The notes: a model not told the origin generated them from the sequence alone. A stretch of DNA of 61,768 nt from a virus (IMGVR_UViG_3300035665_000033:1-61768), one strand, 5' to 3'. Shown: positions 12,730 to 23,955, counted from the first letter of the stretch. Made by a program: numbers and translations.

Positions 12730-13749
12730 ATGTCCTTTGAAAACTCGGAAGAAAACGGATTCAGGATCTTAGACGATTCTGAGATTCAACAAGAGGCTTT
12801 TGCGCCTCAGGAAGTTCAGACAATCGAAGCAGATTCGTTTGAGCAGCCTGTGACCGATGAGGCCGTAGAAGATAATTCAACTCAACAGTACAACGATCAG
12901 GACGTTGATTCAGCAGTGCTTACCTACTTAAGCGAAAGGTTTGGTAGAAGCATTAACTCTTTCGATGACTTGGTTGAGTACAGAGAGCGTGAACGTGCCA
13001 TTGATGAGCGCGTGTCTGCCATAGTCGACTTTGTCGAAAAGACTGGTCGCGACCCAAGAGATTGGTTTATTTATCAGTCGATTAACCCATCCGAAATGGA
13101 TGATTTTTCAGTTGTGAAACTGAATATGTCGGCGGAGTACCCTAACCTTTCTCAAGAGGAGATAGACATCCTTGTAGGTAGCAAGTACAAAATTAACCCA
13201 GACGTCCACGGAGAGGACGAGGTTAAGCTCTCAAAATTGCAGCTAAAGATTGACGCTGAGTCGGCTAGACGGTCTATAGATCAGATAAGAAATGACTATC
13301 AGACTCCAGTTGCCAAAAGCGAAGACTATAGCTCTATCGTAAATGACGAATGGATTAGTGAGATGTCTAAAAGCGTAGAAGAATTCGAGGGCATCGAGTT
13401 TAATCTAGGTGGAAAGAAGTTTACTTATTCTGTAGACGACAGATACAAGTCTAGCCTTTACGATAGAAATTCTCGGCTTGACGAGTTCTTCGATCCTTAC
13501 GTGCGAGAGGATGGCTCTTGGGATTACGACACGCTGAATATGCACAGAACTGTTCTGGACAATATGAACTCTATACTTACGTCTGCATACAGACAGGGGA
13601 TGAGTGATGGACAGAAGAGTATAGTGAATAAAGCAGCTAATGTAAATGCTAAGGCGCCGAATCAAGCTAGCACAAGCCAGGGAGACCCTCTGGCAACCCA
13701 GCTCAGGGATATTCTTGGGATGGATAATTCTTTCATTAAGTTCTTATAA
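12730..13749 (+). CDS. Probable capsid scaffolding protein
   Basis: Acidic helical 339-aa protein immediately upstream of the capsid gene. Confidence 0.55.
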   Translation: MSFENSEENGFRILDDSEIQQEAFAPQEVQTIEADSFEQPVTDEAVEDNSTQQYNDQDVDSAVLTYLSERFGRSINSFDDLVEYRERERAIDERVSAIVDFVEKTGRDPRDWFIYQSINPSEMDDFSVVKLNMSAEYPNLSQEEIDILVGSKYKINPDVHGEDEVKLSKLQLKIDAESARRSIDQIRNDYQTPVAKSEDYSSIVNDEWISEMSKSVEEFEGIEFNLGGKKFTYSVDDRYKSSLYDRNSRLDEFFDPYVREDGSWDYDTLNMHRTVLDNMNSILTSAYRQGMSDGQKSIVNKAANVNAKAPNQASTSQGDPLATQLRDILGMDNSFIKFL

Positions 13750-13769
13750 CTATTAAAACCTAAACTATT

Positions 13770-15203
13770 ATGGCGCTTACAAACCAAACAGCGGCCGATA
13801 AAGGCCCATTGAAAGTTGACGCGGTACCCCAGAAGTATGTGTCTTTGGGGAATCTCATTGACCCCACAAAACCCTCTAACAGAGACCTCCTCGTCAAGAC
13901 CTTTGGCGACCAGGGCATTACTGGCTTTTTGGAACTCACTGGAGCTACGAGAGGGATCGCTACCGCCGACGAAGTTCAGTGGTGGGAGGAGAGCAGACTG
14001 CATAGAAGAATTGCTTGTACAGTAGCTGTTGCAGCGGCAGGAGCGGCAGCTGTATTTACCATAACAACTATTGACGGAACAGCTATTGGAACCGTTGCTG
14101 ACGGAAATGAAGCTAGTAGTTTTGTTAGGCTGAATGACGTAATAATAAATGCTCTTTCGGGAAGAAGATTTTTGGTTACGGCTATAACCAATGACGCCGC
14201 TACTTTTAGCGCTCTTCCTCTTGACAAAGCCGCTGTATCAACTGCCATTACGACAGCTGAACAGTTCAATGTTATTGGTAACATGTATGCTCAAGGTACG
14301 GCCCAGCCAACAACGTTCTACCAAACTCAACTCACAAGAAGAGTAAACCCTCTGTTCATCACCAAAGAAACGTTCCATGTGAACGGATCTCAGGCCACGA
14401 ACATCGGCTGGGTTGATATAGGAAACGGTGATTACAGATGGTTCGTTAAAGGCGAGATGGATACCAGAAAGCGCTTCTTGAATCAAAGAGAGGCTATGCT
14501 TATGTATAACCAACTGTCCGCTTACACAACCAACGCCACTCTTACTGGAGGTATAGTTGGTTCTGAGGGCTATTTCTCTGCTATAGAAAACAGAGGTCTC
14601 GTTGTTGATGGAACAGCTGTCGATGGACAAGGACTCGCTGACTCAACATTCAACAACATGAATGACATAGATGGCATCATCCTTGCTATAGATGCAGAAG
14701 GCGGTTCTAGCGAATACGCCATGTATGTAAACCTTGCAACATCTATCAACGTTGACAAAATGCTTGCTGCTGCTGGAGCTACCTCGCAGACCGCTGGTGT
14801 TCTTGCTCAGTATGGTGTATTCAACAACAACAAGGACATGGCTATTGCGCTCGGTTTTAAATCATTCACAAGAGGCGGATACACAATCCACAAGCATGAC
14901 TGGAAATTGTTGAATGATCCTACTCTCGGTGGAGCTTTTGGTGGGACTAGAACTGGCGCGGTGATTGGAGCGATGTTGCCTATGAGCAAAGTTGCTGATG
15001 CCAAGACTGGCGAAAAGGCTCCTGCTCTGGAGATGGTTTATAAGTCTGCAAATGGTTACAGCAGAGACATTGAGCACTGGGTAACTGGCGGTGGTGTACT
15101 CGGATATAATACGGACGGTGATGACTTGGCTAAGTTCCACTACCGTTCTGAGTGCGCTCTCGTGACAAGAGCTGCTAACCAGCACGTTCTCTTGAAGTCG
15201 TAA
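13770..15203 (+). CDS. Major capsid protein
   Basis: 477 aa, Ala/Gly/Thr-rich, EVQWWEESRLH, follows scaffold-like gene, followed by a hairpin. Confidence 0.75.
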   Translation: MALTNQTAADKGPLKVDAVPQKYVSLGNLIDPTKPSNRDLLVKTFGDQGITGFLELTGATRGIATADEVQWWEESRLHRRIACTVAVAAAGAAAVFTITTIDGTAIGTVADGNEASSFVRLNDVIINALSGRRFLVTAITNDAATFSALPLDKAAVSTAITTAEQFNVIGNMYAQGTAQPTTFYQTQLTRRVNPLFITKETFHVNGSQATNIGWVDIGNGDYRWFVKGEMDTRKRFLNQREAMLMYNQLSAYTTNATLTGGIVGSEGYFSAIENRGLVVDGTAVDGQGLADSTFNNMNDIDGIILAIDAEGGSSEYAMYVNLATSINVDKMLAAAGATSQTAGVLAQYGVFNNNKDMAIALGFKSFTRGGYTIHKHDWKLLNDPTLGGAFGGTRTGAVIGAMLPMSKVADAKTGEKAPALEMVYKSANGYSRDIEHWVTGGGVLGYNTDGDDLAKFHYRSECALVTRAANQHVLLKS

Positions 15204-15222
15204 CATTATTAAAACATAACGA

Positions 15223-15250
15223 AGGGGAGGGAGAAAGGCTCTCTCCCCCT
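15223..15250 (+). terminator. Purine/pyrimidine hairpin after capsid gene
   Basis: AGGGGAGGGAG...CTCTCCCCCT imperfect stem, weak U tail. Confidence 0.45.
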
Positions 15251-15282
15251 AGTTATGACTTAACCAATTAAATTCAAATAAA

Positions 15283-16071
15283 ATGGCAAGACCAAGATCT
15301 GGAGGATTGGCTCCTATAACCAATCAAACACCATCATTTGATAGGAAAACAAAAAGCACTCCTGGGGCTATAGAGTATATGACCCTGTCTCCTAGCGGAG
15401 CTATTTACATGATGAGAAGCACAGTAGCCTCTATCATTGATGAAAAAACTGGTAAATTGAGGGCTATTAGATATTGCGAGATGGAGCCATCCATCTATGT
15501 TGATCAACAGTCAGAAAACTCAGTAAAATCAACGATAATTTTTAATTTCGGAAGGCTTTTTGTGGACAGTAAAAAACCTAATCTTAAAGAATTTTTGGAC
15601 GCTCATCCACAAAACGAAGCAAACGGAGGGAGTCTGTTTAAGAGAGTGGATTACGAGAGTAATGCAAAAGAAAGCCTTGATCAAGAATTTGAACTTGTAG
15701 AGGCGGTTTCCATGGTTAGGGACAAGTCCATCGACGAACTGCTTCCCGTGGCTATTGCTTTTGGCTTGAATACAGACGCTCCAGTATCTGAGATAAAATA
15801 CGACTTGCTTCAAATAGCAAAGGCAAATCCAAAAACGTTTATACAGTCGTTTGACAACCCATCTGTAAGCACAAAAGCCAAGATAAAGAAGGCCTCAATG
15901 TATCAAGTAATCAAGCTTGATAAAGACTATGTGAGATGGTTTGACACAAACAAGATTATAATCTCTGTTCCAGCTGGACAAGATTCTACCGATGTCATGG
16001 TTAGATATTGCATGACTGAAGCTGGTGCTCCTGTACTTGCTGAGATAGAAAGACAAACAGAAGGCAAGTAA
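15283..16071 (+). CDS. Hypothetical head-region protein
   Basis: 262 aa with A-rich leader, downstream of the capsid gene. Confidence 0.7.
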   Translation: MARPRSGGLAPITNQTPSFDRKTKSTPGAIEYMTLSPSGAIYMMRSTVASIIDEKTGKLRAIRYCEMEPSIYVDQQSENSVKSTIIFNFGRLFVDSKKPNLKEFLDAHPQNEANGGSLFKRVDYESNAKESLDQEFELVEAVSMVRDKSIDELLPVAIAFGLNTDAPVSEIKYDLLQIAKANPKTFIQSFDNPSVSTKAKIKKASMYQVIKLDKDYVRWFDTNKIIISVPAGQDSTDVMVRYCMTEAGAPVLAEIERQTEGK

Positions 16072-16086
16072 TTGCTGCTGATATAG

Positions 16087-16117
16087 AAAGAGGGTCTTAA
16101 CGGGCCCTCTTTTTTTT
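16087..16117 (+). terminator. Rho-independent terminator
   Basis: AAAGAGGGTC-ttaacg-GGCCCTCTTT running into a T8 tract. Confidence 0.85.
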
Positions 16118-16122
16118 ATGCC

Positions 16123-16130
16123 TATATTTG
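16123..16130 (+). promoter_or_regulatory. -7 promoter box TATATTTG, 4 nt before ATG
   Basis: Consensus match directly after the terminator. Confidence 0.75.
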
Positions 16131-16134
16131 CTTT

Positions 16135-16878
16135 ATGATAGATATAGGACTAGTATATGCTACCGTTAAAGATGTTGTAAACAAAGACGTAAACGGATTT
16201 GTTACCCCAAACATATTTAATAGGTTCGCTTTTGTCGCTCAAACAAACATCTACAATAAGATATTCCATGGCGTAAAAGACTCTAAGAAGCTTATGCGTT
16301 CTGGAATAAACCCATCTGGAGATAAATCCTATGATAAAAGAGCTTTAGAAGATCTGGCATACTATGTCAAGACATCTACCGTAACCAGAGGAACGAACAA
16401 TCAGTTTGTAAAGCCGTCAGACCTCTCTAGACTTATAAGCATGTCTACTAATGGCGTATTCTTTGACGGAGAAATGACTGGCATTTCAATAGACATAAAC
16501 TACGATCCGTCTAAAACAGAGAGAATACTTAAAAGCCCCATAAGCAAACCTAAAGAAACCTCTCCTCTAGCGGTAGTAGGAGACAACATAGAAGTTTATC
16601 CTTATTCTATAAATAGAATAAAAATAACTTACTACAAAATTCCAGAATCAAGAGATTCTAGCGGAAACAGATCTTCATTCATCCCGACATATGCTTACTC
16701 AGACAACATAGAAACCAACCAAAATGTTGGCGGCTCATATAACTTCGATCTTCCAGAACACTACTTTGATGAGATTGTGACTGAGATATGTAGTCTTGTT
16801 TCGGCAAACCTAAGGGATCAGGAGGTATCTAAGTATGCAGAAGGAAAATCCGTCTCACACAAACAAGACAGCATGTAA
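16135..16878 (+). CDS. Probable head-tail adaptor / ring protein
   Basis: Position and size; N-terminal VNKDVNGFVTP..FN, C-terminal FDLPEHY. Confidence 0.55.
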   Translation: MIDIGLVYATVKDVVNKDVNGFVTPNIFNRFAFVAQTNIYNKIFHGVKDSKKLMRSGINPSGDKSYDKRALEDLAYYVKTSTVTRGTNNQFVKPSDLSRLISMSTNGVFFDGEMTGISIDINYDPSKTERILKSPISKPKETSPLAVVGDNIEVYPYSINRIKITYYKIPESRDSSGNRSSFIPTYAYSDNIETNQNVGGSYNFDLPEHYFDEIVTEICSLVSANLRDQEVSKYAEGKSVSHKQDSM

Positions 16879-17702
16879 TGGCAAGAAATTATGTCACTAT
16901 AGATGAGATAGTCAACGACTTTATACTTAGTGTTGACGTAGACGATTACGCTGGTCACGCTTCTGACATAGCCATAAGAAGCCATGCCTTAAAGGGTATA
17001 AGAGAACTTGGCTTTGATGTACAGAAAATAGTTAAGTCGGTAAAACTTTCAGTGGAGTCCAATGACACAGTGACACTTCCAGACGACTTTGTTGATCTGG
17101 TAAAGATTGGAATAGTTGGGCCTAGCGGTATAGTTTACTGCCTTGGTGAGAACAAGAACATAAACCATTCTATGGCATATGCATTGGATCAATTTAATAA
17201 TCCAATAGACAGCGACTCGGACGGAGTTTATGACAGGGTGGATTCAAAAGGGCCCACTTCTTCTGGATCGCCAGGAGTCGATATAATGGAAGGCGGTCTT
17301 GATTCGTACGTATTTAGAAATTACGTTTATGACGGTGGGCTTGGGGCTTTATATGGCTTTGGAGGCGGAAAAACTTACGGGCAATATAAGATAAATAACG
17401 AGCAGAATAGAATAGAGATGGCCACTAATTCAGATATATCTGAGGTTGTTGTAGAGTATATAAGCGACGAAGCGAAAAGCAGCAACCCTGTTGTTCATGT
17501 GTATGCTGAAGACGCTCTCATGGCCTATATATACTACAAGATAGTAGAAAGAAAAGCATCTGTTCCAGCCAACGAAAAAGCCAGAGCAAGGTCAGAATAC
17601 TACAACGAAAGGAGAAAGGCTAACGCAAGGATAAAATCTTTCTCTACGGCGGACGCACTTAAAACAATCAGAAAGAACTTTAAGCAGTCACCCAAGTACT
17701 AA
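16878..17702 (+). CDS. Probable tail ring protein
   Basis: VTLPDDFVDLVKI and VVVEYISD patterns of podovirus ring proteins. Confidence 0.55.
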   Translation: MARNYVTIDEIVNDFILSVDVDDYAGHASDIAIRSHALKGIRELGFDVQKIVKSVKLSVESNDTVTLPDDFVDLVKIGIVGPSGIVYCLGENKNINHSMAYALDQFNNPIDSDSDGVYDRVDSKGPTSSGSPGVDIMEGGLDSYVFRNYVYDGGLGALYGFGGGKTYGQYKINNEQNRIEMATNSDISEVVVEYISDEAKSSNPVVHVYAEDALMAYIYYKIVERKASVPANEKARARSEYYNERRKANARIKSFSTADALKTIRKNFKQSPKY

Positions 17703-20700
17703 TGCTGATAGACAGAATAGTTCCAACTGGATTAAACCAGGACAAACACCCTCTTGATTTGGTTGAGGGTGAGATCTATGATGCTATAAACATGAGTATA
17801 GCTGACTATGGGGGAGAGGGGGACGGTCTTTATAAAGTTGTAAAAGGAAACCTTGCAGTTAACTTCTCCTCTCTGCCAACTGACTCTTCACAAAAAGTAG
17901 TTGGATCTGTCGCTGACTATCAGAGAAACCACATATACTTTTTTGTAAAGTCAAATACCTCTACAAATAATGCAATATACAGATATAGTTCTGACGAAAA
18001 TGCTGTAGTAAAGGTAATAGGTGGATCTTTTTTGGCTCTAGGGGATTTCGTTAAGGCCAACATAGTAAACATAGTCAACCAGCATGTGGACGAGACGGTA
18101 GAAGAACTTGAAGAACAGTGCATGCTGTTCTTTACTGACGGCGTAAATCCGCCCAGGAGAATAAATGTAGACAGGGCGATTAGAGGGGAGTTTGCAACTT
18201 ATGATACAGACAACCTTTCTTACATGATCTCCGCATGTAAGGCCGCCCCAAACGTTATACCGACCGTTTTTTTTGATACTGATCCAGACTATAAAGCAAA
18301 CAATTTCGCGAGAAACATGTTTCAGTTTGCGGTCCAGTATTTGTACAAGGACGGAGACGAGTCTGCTATATCTGGATATTCTACTATAGCTGTAAATGAC
18401 TTTACATACTTAGAAGGCATAGACACAGCTCTTCTACCTGTTCCGAAGGTGGATAAGTACGAAAACAATGTATGTGTTATAGAGATCTCAAGAATGCCTA
18501 TGGAGGGTGTCTCTGTATCGCCTATAAATACCATACCAGCAACGTTAAATATATTCGAAATAAATAAAGTAAGAATTTTAGCCAGAAACGGAAACTCTGG
18601 AGCTTTCTTTGTGGTTGATGAGGTATATATTGATCAGGATGAATTTAGACTTATGCCTGGGTCTGGTTCTTCTTCGCCTAAAAAAATATACGATTCTATA
18701 AGAAGACAGTATAGGTTTTATAACGAAGGGTTATACGAATACTCTTCATCTCTTGACACAGACAAGCTATACGATAACGTTCCATTTACAGCCGTAGGCC
18801 AATGTGTAGCCGACGATAGAGTTATGTATAGCAACTACACGGAAACATATCCAAACGTAGACGTCACTGGAACAATAACTCCAATATACTCAGATTATAA
18901 TCTTCTTTCTACGTCAGACATATTCTATGATATAACTCAAAATCCAACTCAGAATATAGTATCAATAGCTAGTGGAAGCAGAAATATAACAGTTAATATG
19001 ACTGCAAATCCAGGCGGATTCACAGCTCTCAATACCGTTATACCAGCTGGATCAAAGTATAGGTTGTCTTTTATGTTTAGACCCCAGGGGTCTTTTTATT
19101 CAACATTATCTAATCAAACTCCTCTGAAGCTAAAGATGGAGGATAGCAGTGGAGACCAATTTGAACTTTGGGTAGATAGCACTACATCAATGAATCCAGT
19201 TTTTACAGAAGCTGATCAATCTTTAGAAAGGAATGTAGACATTTATGTTAATATAGATGAAGATACTACTGTTGCTGATTTAAAAGACATACTTATAAGT
19301 AGGCTTCTTTCAACTCAGATAAAGTATAATTCAGACATGGGTTCTAGTGGGCTTAATGGAGGCCCTCATCAGTTCTTAGTGGCAGGCTCTTTGTCAAGTG
19401 ATTTTGCAGTTGGAGATTTAGTTTCTTTCTCTTACATAAATCAAAGAATTCAATACACTTGGGGGTTTTCTGTTACATCCACCCCAAATTCTAATTTAAT
19501 AACTATAACCCCAGAACTTGTTGATGCAAAAATAATTAGAACAGCAACGAATGCTATATACACATCTAATGAATACAGAGTATTTAAAGGTCAATCAAAT
19601 TATGACGTTAAAATTACTGGCCAGTTATTTAATAAAAATTATGTAAATTACACTGGGTATGAAACTACTATACCTCAGAACTCATCTTTTACTTATGTGA
19701 TTTCGGCTCTACAAACGAACTTAAGAGCAGTTAGATCGTTCAAGGCTGGAAGCACTCATGAGCTTGGTGTTGTTTATTACGACAAGTTCAATAGGTCTGG
19801 ATATGTAAACATTCTTGGCTCTGCTTATGTAGATTACTTCGGATCGTCAGCCAGAGCTACAAAGAATGGGCCGTGCGCTCTTAAAGTAAACATATCTTCA
19901 GCTCCTCCTTCATGGGCAGAGAGATTTCAAATAGTTTATTCTGGTCCTTCTACTATAGACAGTTTTACTACATATACGACTGGAGGGGCATATCCCAAAA
20001 GAATAAAAGACGGAAGCTCATATAACGTAGACACTAAATCTAAGCTTATATATGTCTCCTTGAATACGCTAGAAAAGTTTATGGCCGAAAAAGGAGCCAA
20101 TAAAACATATTCATTTACTCCAGGAGACAAATTAAGAGTTGTTACGTATAACTCAACAACAGACGGAACAAATGGATCTCCGTTCGCCACTGTTACATCA
20201 ACTGCTATAAACGGAGCGTTTGGCGGAAGAATAGTAGAATTTGATGTTGTTGGCTTTGAAGTTTTGGGGACTGATTCAGCAACTAATCCAATTACAGATT
20301 CGTCAACTGTAAACGAAAAATATACTGGTGATTTTGTTATTCTTTCTGCTCCAGACGTAGAGTCTGGAATGTATAAATATGTTGGATGGGATTGGTACAG
20401 TGTCACTGGTAATACGTATCCAAACAACGACTCATCTACTCAGCTTTCTTATTGGGGAAGAGAGTCTGTTGTTGAAATATATAGCCCAGCAAAAAACACA
20501 GAACAAAAGACATACTATGAAATAGGCAAGTCTTACCCATTTATTCTGGATAAAAACGGAGCGGTTGTACATCCTAATGTGGTAGTGTCAGAAGGGACCT
20601 GTCACTTCAGGCCATCTATGTGCAAGACGGCCAGCTATAGCTATTTATGGCAGGAGGTAGGGAGCATAAAGGAATGGGTCTATAAATTAAAGTTTATAGA

Positions 20701-22240
20701 GTCTTCTAGCGCGAATGATTTATTCTCTTCAAACAGCTGGTCCAGAGGAAGGAGTATGGTTAGGTATGAAAAGGCTAGAACAATAAGGGAGAAAAGCGGA
20801 ATAATATATAGCGACAAATACAACAGGGATTCAGAAAGACTGACTCTGTCTTCGTTTAATCCGATCACGGCAAATTTCGCTTCGACAAACATAGAGTATG
20901 GATCCCTTAACTACATAGAGTCCTTAGGGGAGAACTTAATAGCAATTCAAGAAAACAAGACTTCTATTGCTGGCTTATCCAGGAATGTCGTAAGCTATGC
21001 TGACGGATCAGAAAGTGTTGCTGTATCAACCAATGTTATAGGTCAGTTTAGATATTTGTCTGGTGACTTTGGTTGCGGAAATAAGCCTTCTTCTGTTTTA
21101 AAGTTTAACAACAATGTATTCTATGTTGATCCAGATAAAAAAAAGGTAGTCAGATTTTCTACTGATCAAGCATATATTATATCTGACGTTGGAATGAAGA
21201 GTTTTTTTGATTCCAAAATAAATAAGAACTCAAGTATAGTTAGCGGCTACGATCCAGAAGAGAATATGTATATGCTTACCATAGGTTCAGACACTATAGG
21301 GTATAGCTTAGATACATCGAAGTGGATAAGCAGGTATACATTTACGCCAGATTGCTATAACTATATAGACAACAAATTCATATCATTTAGATATTCAGTA
21401 AATTACTCAACTCAACAAAGAAATATATTTTGGATTCATAGCGAGCTTTCAGCAACAAGGGCTTCTTTTTATGGATCTCCACCAAACACCTATTCCTCTC
21501 TTACGGTGGTTTCCAATATGGCACCAGCGAATGTAAAGGTCTATAACTCCATGTCAATACTAGGTAGTGGCTGGAACCCGTATGGGTCTGGTGACGATAA
21601 CCCAGCATTAAATGTAGAGGGCTTGTTGCCAAACTCAAATATCATGAGGATAACTACCGACTTGAACTCTTTTGCTTTGTTTCATGCTCCAGAAAAAAAA
21701 GAAGGGACGTGGTATTATAAACTAAAGACAAGCAGAAAGTCAGACTTTGTTTCTAATAAGCTGATATATAATGGCGGTGATTTTGATTTTATAATGTCAC
21801 CATCGTCATCTAATATAACAAAGCTACCGCGAATAGATTCAACAAATACAGACGGCCTTGTTGGACAAGGAAAGACGAGATTGGTTTTTTCTGGGTCGAT
21901 AAAAAGAAAAGGAATAAAAATAAATGACTATATATTTAGATACACAAATGGAAATTACGAACCTCTTTCAAATCCAGACAGTCTTGAAGGATCTAGGGTG
22001 ACTAATCTTGAGTCCGAAACAACTGTATTGGTAAATAATAATAATGGAACATCAAGCTATAGTATAGGTTCAGACAATATATACTGCGTTTCTAACTGGG
22101 ATCAAGATGGCGATTCGGTTAGGGGAAGATACGCAAAGGCTCATATAAAAATAGCCCCTGGAAATGCATGCCAGATAAACGCCATAAACTTCCACATATC
22201 AGATTCAAAACTTCATCACTCTTCATCGGAAAACCCTTAA
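17702..22240 (+). CDS. Tail stabilisation / nozzle protein (P22 gp10-like position)
   Basis: 1512 aa, beta-rich; LFFTDGVNPPRRIN, GYDP, WISRYTFTP motifs. Confidence 0.65.
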   Translation: MLIDRIVPTGLNQDKHPLDLVEGEIYDAINMSIADYGGEGDGLYKVVKGNLAVNFSSLPTDSSQKVVGSVADYQRNHIYFFVKSNTSTNNAIYRYSSDENAVVKVIGGSFLALGDFVKANIVNIVNQHVDETVEELEEQCMLFFTDGVNPPRRINVDRAIRGEFATYDTDNLSYMISACKAAPNVIPTVFFDTDPDYKANNFARNMFQFAVQYLYKDGDESAISGYSTIAVNDFTYLEGIDTALLPVPKVDKYENNVCVIEISRMPMEGVSVSPINTIPATLNIFEINKVRILARNGNSGAFFVVDEVYIDQDEFRLMPGSGSSSPKKIYDSIRRQYRFYNEGLYEYSSSLDTDKLYDNVPFTAVGQCVADDRVMYSNYTETYPNVDVTGTITPIYSDYNLLSTSDIFYDITQNPTQNIVSIASGSRNITVNMTANPGGFTALNTVIPAGSKYRLSFMFRPQGSFYSTLSNQTPLKLKMEDSSGDQFELWVDSTTSMNPVFTEADQSLERNVDIYVNIDEDTTVADLKDILISRLLSTQIKYNSDMGSSGLNGGPHQFLVAGSLSSDFAVGDLVSFSYINQRIQYTWGFSVTSTPNSNLITITPELVDAKIIRTATNAIYTSNEYRVFKGQSNYDVKITGQLFNKNYVNYTGYETTIPQNSSFTYVISALQTNLRAVRSFKAGSTHELGVVYYDKFNRSGYVNILGSAYVDYFGSSARATKNGPCALKVNISSAPPSWAERFQIVYSGPSTIDSFTTYTTGGAYPKRIKDGSSYNVDTKSKLIYVSLNTLEKFMAEKGANKTYSFTPGDKLRVVTYNSTTDGTNGSPFATVTSTAINGAFGGRIVEFDVVGFEVLGTDSATNPITDSSTVNEKYTGDFVILSAPDVESGMYKYVGWDWYSVTGNTYPNNDSSTQLSYWGRESVVEIYSPAKNTEQKTYYEIGKSYPFILDKNGAVVHPNVVVSEGTCHFRPSMCKTASYSYLWQEVGSIKEWVYKLKFIESSSANDLFSSNSWSRGRSMVRYEKARTIREKSGIIYSDKYNRDSERLTLSSFNPITANFASTNIEYGSLNYIESLGENLIAIQENKTSIAGLSRNVVSYADGSESVAVSTNVIGQFRYLSGDFGCGNKPSSVLKFNNNVFYVDPDKKKVVRFSTDQAYIISDVGMKSFFDSKINKNSSIVSGYDPEENMYMLTIGSDTIGYSLDTSKWISRYTFTPDCYNYIDNKFISFRYSVNYSTQQRNIFWIHSELSATRASFYGSPPNTYSSLTVVSNMAPANVKVYNSMSILGSGWNPYGSGDDNPALNVEGLLPNSNIMRITTDLNSFALFHAPEKKEGTWYYKLKTSRKSDFVSNKLIYNGGDFDFIMSPSSSNITKLPRIDSTNTDGLVGQGKTRLVFSGSIKRKGIKINDYIFRYTNGNYEPLSNPDSLEGSRVTNLESETTVLVNNNNGTSSYSIGSDNIYCVSNWDQDGDSVRGRYAKAHIKIAPGNACQINAINFHISDSKLHHSSSENP

Positions 22241-22261
22241 CTTAGCAAAAAAAAATATATT

Positions 22262-23080
22262 ATGGTAGGAGTAGCTAATTTGGCACTTCAGGCAGTTCCA
22301 ACTGTGCTTAACATGGTTGGCGCCCAAGTGCAGAAAAAGAAAGATCAGAAGTTTGGCGACTGGATGATCCAGCAAGCGGAGAAGACGCCAAGATACGCTA
22401 TGGCGGATACTTACAACAAGTATTTAGCTATGGCTAAACAAGATCCTGTGGGCGACTACATGAGGGAACAGGCGTCCAGAAATCAGGCTACGTCTATTGG
22501 TGCATTAAAGTCTGGAGGAGCTAAGGCTATACTTGGCGGACTGGGGGCTGTTCAACAGCAAGGGCTTGCTAGTCAAGCTGAAATTGCTGGAGCATCTCAA
22601 AAAAATCTTCAAAGCGCAATGCAGAACTACGCCCAGCAGCAACAATCTGTAATGAACTTGAATGTTGGTCAAAGAGAAAAAGAACTGGAGGGGGTTTTTC
22701 AGGGAGAGCTTTTTAAAAAGCAAGCTAAAGACATTGCTCGTCAAGCGATGTTCCAGGGAGGTGAAGACCTGTTTAAGACTGGGATGCAATTTGCTGGAGA
22801 AAACAATTATTTTAAAGGCTTCGATCCTTACAAGCACCTCGGAAAATTTCCCACCCTTAGAAGTGGAGGCTTCATAAATAAAACGCCTGGGGTTTTTAGT
22901 CATGAAAAGAATCCTATAGACATCGTTGCAAAGGGAAACAAGATCGGCGAGATGACTGGCGGTGAGTATATCCTGAACCCTTCTCAAGCCGCGAAGATGC
23001 AGAGCCTTGCTGGTTCACAAAAGAAAGAGGCATTGCAGAGATACGTGAAAACATTATTCAATAAATTCAACTCTAAGTAA
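22262..23080 (+). CDS. Probable internal virion (ejection) protein
   Basis: Gln/Ala/Gly-rich helical protein after the tail genes; EMTGGEYILNP. Confidence 0.55.
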   Translation: MVGVANLALQAVPTVLNMVGAQVQKKKDQKFGDWMIQQAEKTPRYAMADTYNKYLAMAKQDPVGDYMREQASRNQATSIGALKSGGAKAILGGLGAVQQQGLASQAEIAGASQKNLQSAMQNYAQQQQSVMNLNVGQREKELEGVFQGELFKKQAKDIARQAMFQGGEDLFKTGMQFAGENNYFKGFDPYKHLGKFPTLRSGGFINKTPGVFSHEKNPIDIVAKGNKIGEMTGGEYILNPSQAAKMQSLAGSQKKEALQRYVKTLFNKFNSK

Positions 23081-23081
23081 T

Positions 23082-23945
23082 ATGGAGCTTAAACCATCAA
23101 CATATTATCTAGACGCAATAAAAGAGAGGGCTAAACAAAGAGAGCTTGATCAGCAAAAGGAAATCACAGATATTTCTGAGGCCTCTGTCAAAGCTGCCGA
23201 AGCGAAAATAATTTCCGACGAGAAGGCAAAACAAGAAAGGCAAAAGAGAAGAATAGAGGCTCACAAATCCATGATACAAGCATCTTCCGCTGAAATGTGG
23301 GGGTATGACGATGCTGTTGTTAGACAAATATCCGACTCAATAAACAAGAACCTGGATCAATACGTTGACAATGAAGAGCTTTTTCAAAAGATGCTGGCTA
23401 CTCTAGACTCATTTGTTGACAATTCGAAGAGTTATTATACTGACACTAGACAGTCGTTTCTTGATTCCGCTGAAAGAGCTGGTGCAGGTGGTAAGAATCC
23501 ATTTGAAATAAATGGATACTATGATACTAGAACCCTTGATGATTATGAAGAAACGGCTGAAAGATTAGACAACTTAGTCCCTACAGTAGAAATATCAGAT
23601 AATGGTTCTATGATTATTGACGGCAAACCAATAGACGAATATATGTCTAGCAGATCAGGAAAAAACGCTAACCCGTTTGCCCCAAATCTTAAACCCCTTC
23701 CACCTATAACGGCTGAAGAGGTATATCTGGCGAACCGTGGCGCCCTGACTCATGCCCCCAACAGAGATGCATATATAGAAAAGCTTTTAGACGAAATAAT
23801 CAGCAATCCAATAAAATTAGGAAGGTTAATAGCTGATGAGAATGGTTATGATGCCGAGGCCTCCAAACCTATTCTTGTGCAACAAAAAAGGGATGAGTTA
23901 AAAAAACAGTTGATGTTAATAATTCAGGCGGGAGGCATCAAGTAG
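23082..23945 (+). CDS. Probable internal virion (ejection) protein
   Basis: Charged helical 287-aa protein between ejection-like genes. Confidence 0.5.
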   Translation: MELKPSTYYLDAIKERAKQRELDQQKEITDISEASVKAAEAKIISDEKAKQERQKRRIEAHKSMIQASSAEMWGYDDAVVRQISDSINKNLDQYVDNEELFQKMLATLDSFVDNSKSYYTDTRQSFLDSAERAGAGGKNPFEINGYYDTRTLDDYEETAERLDNLVPTVEISDNGSMIIDGKPIDEYMSSRSGKNANPFAPNLKPLPPITAEEVYLANRGALTHAPNRDAYIEKLLDEIISNPIKLGRLIADENGYDAEASKPILVQQKRDELKKQLMLIIQAGGIK

Positions 23946-23955
23946 CCTAATTGAT

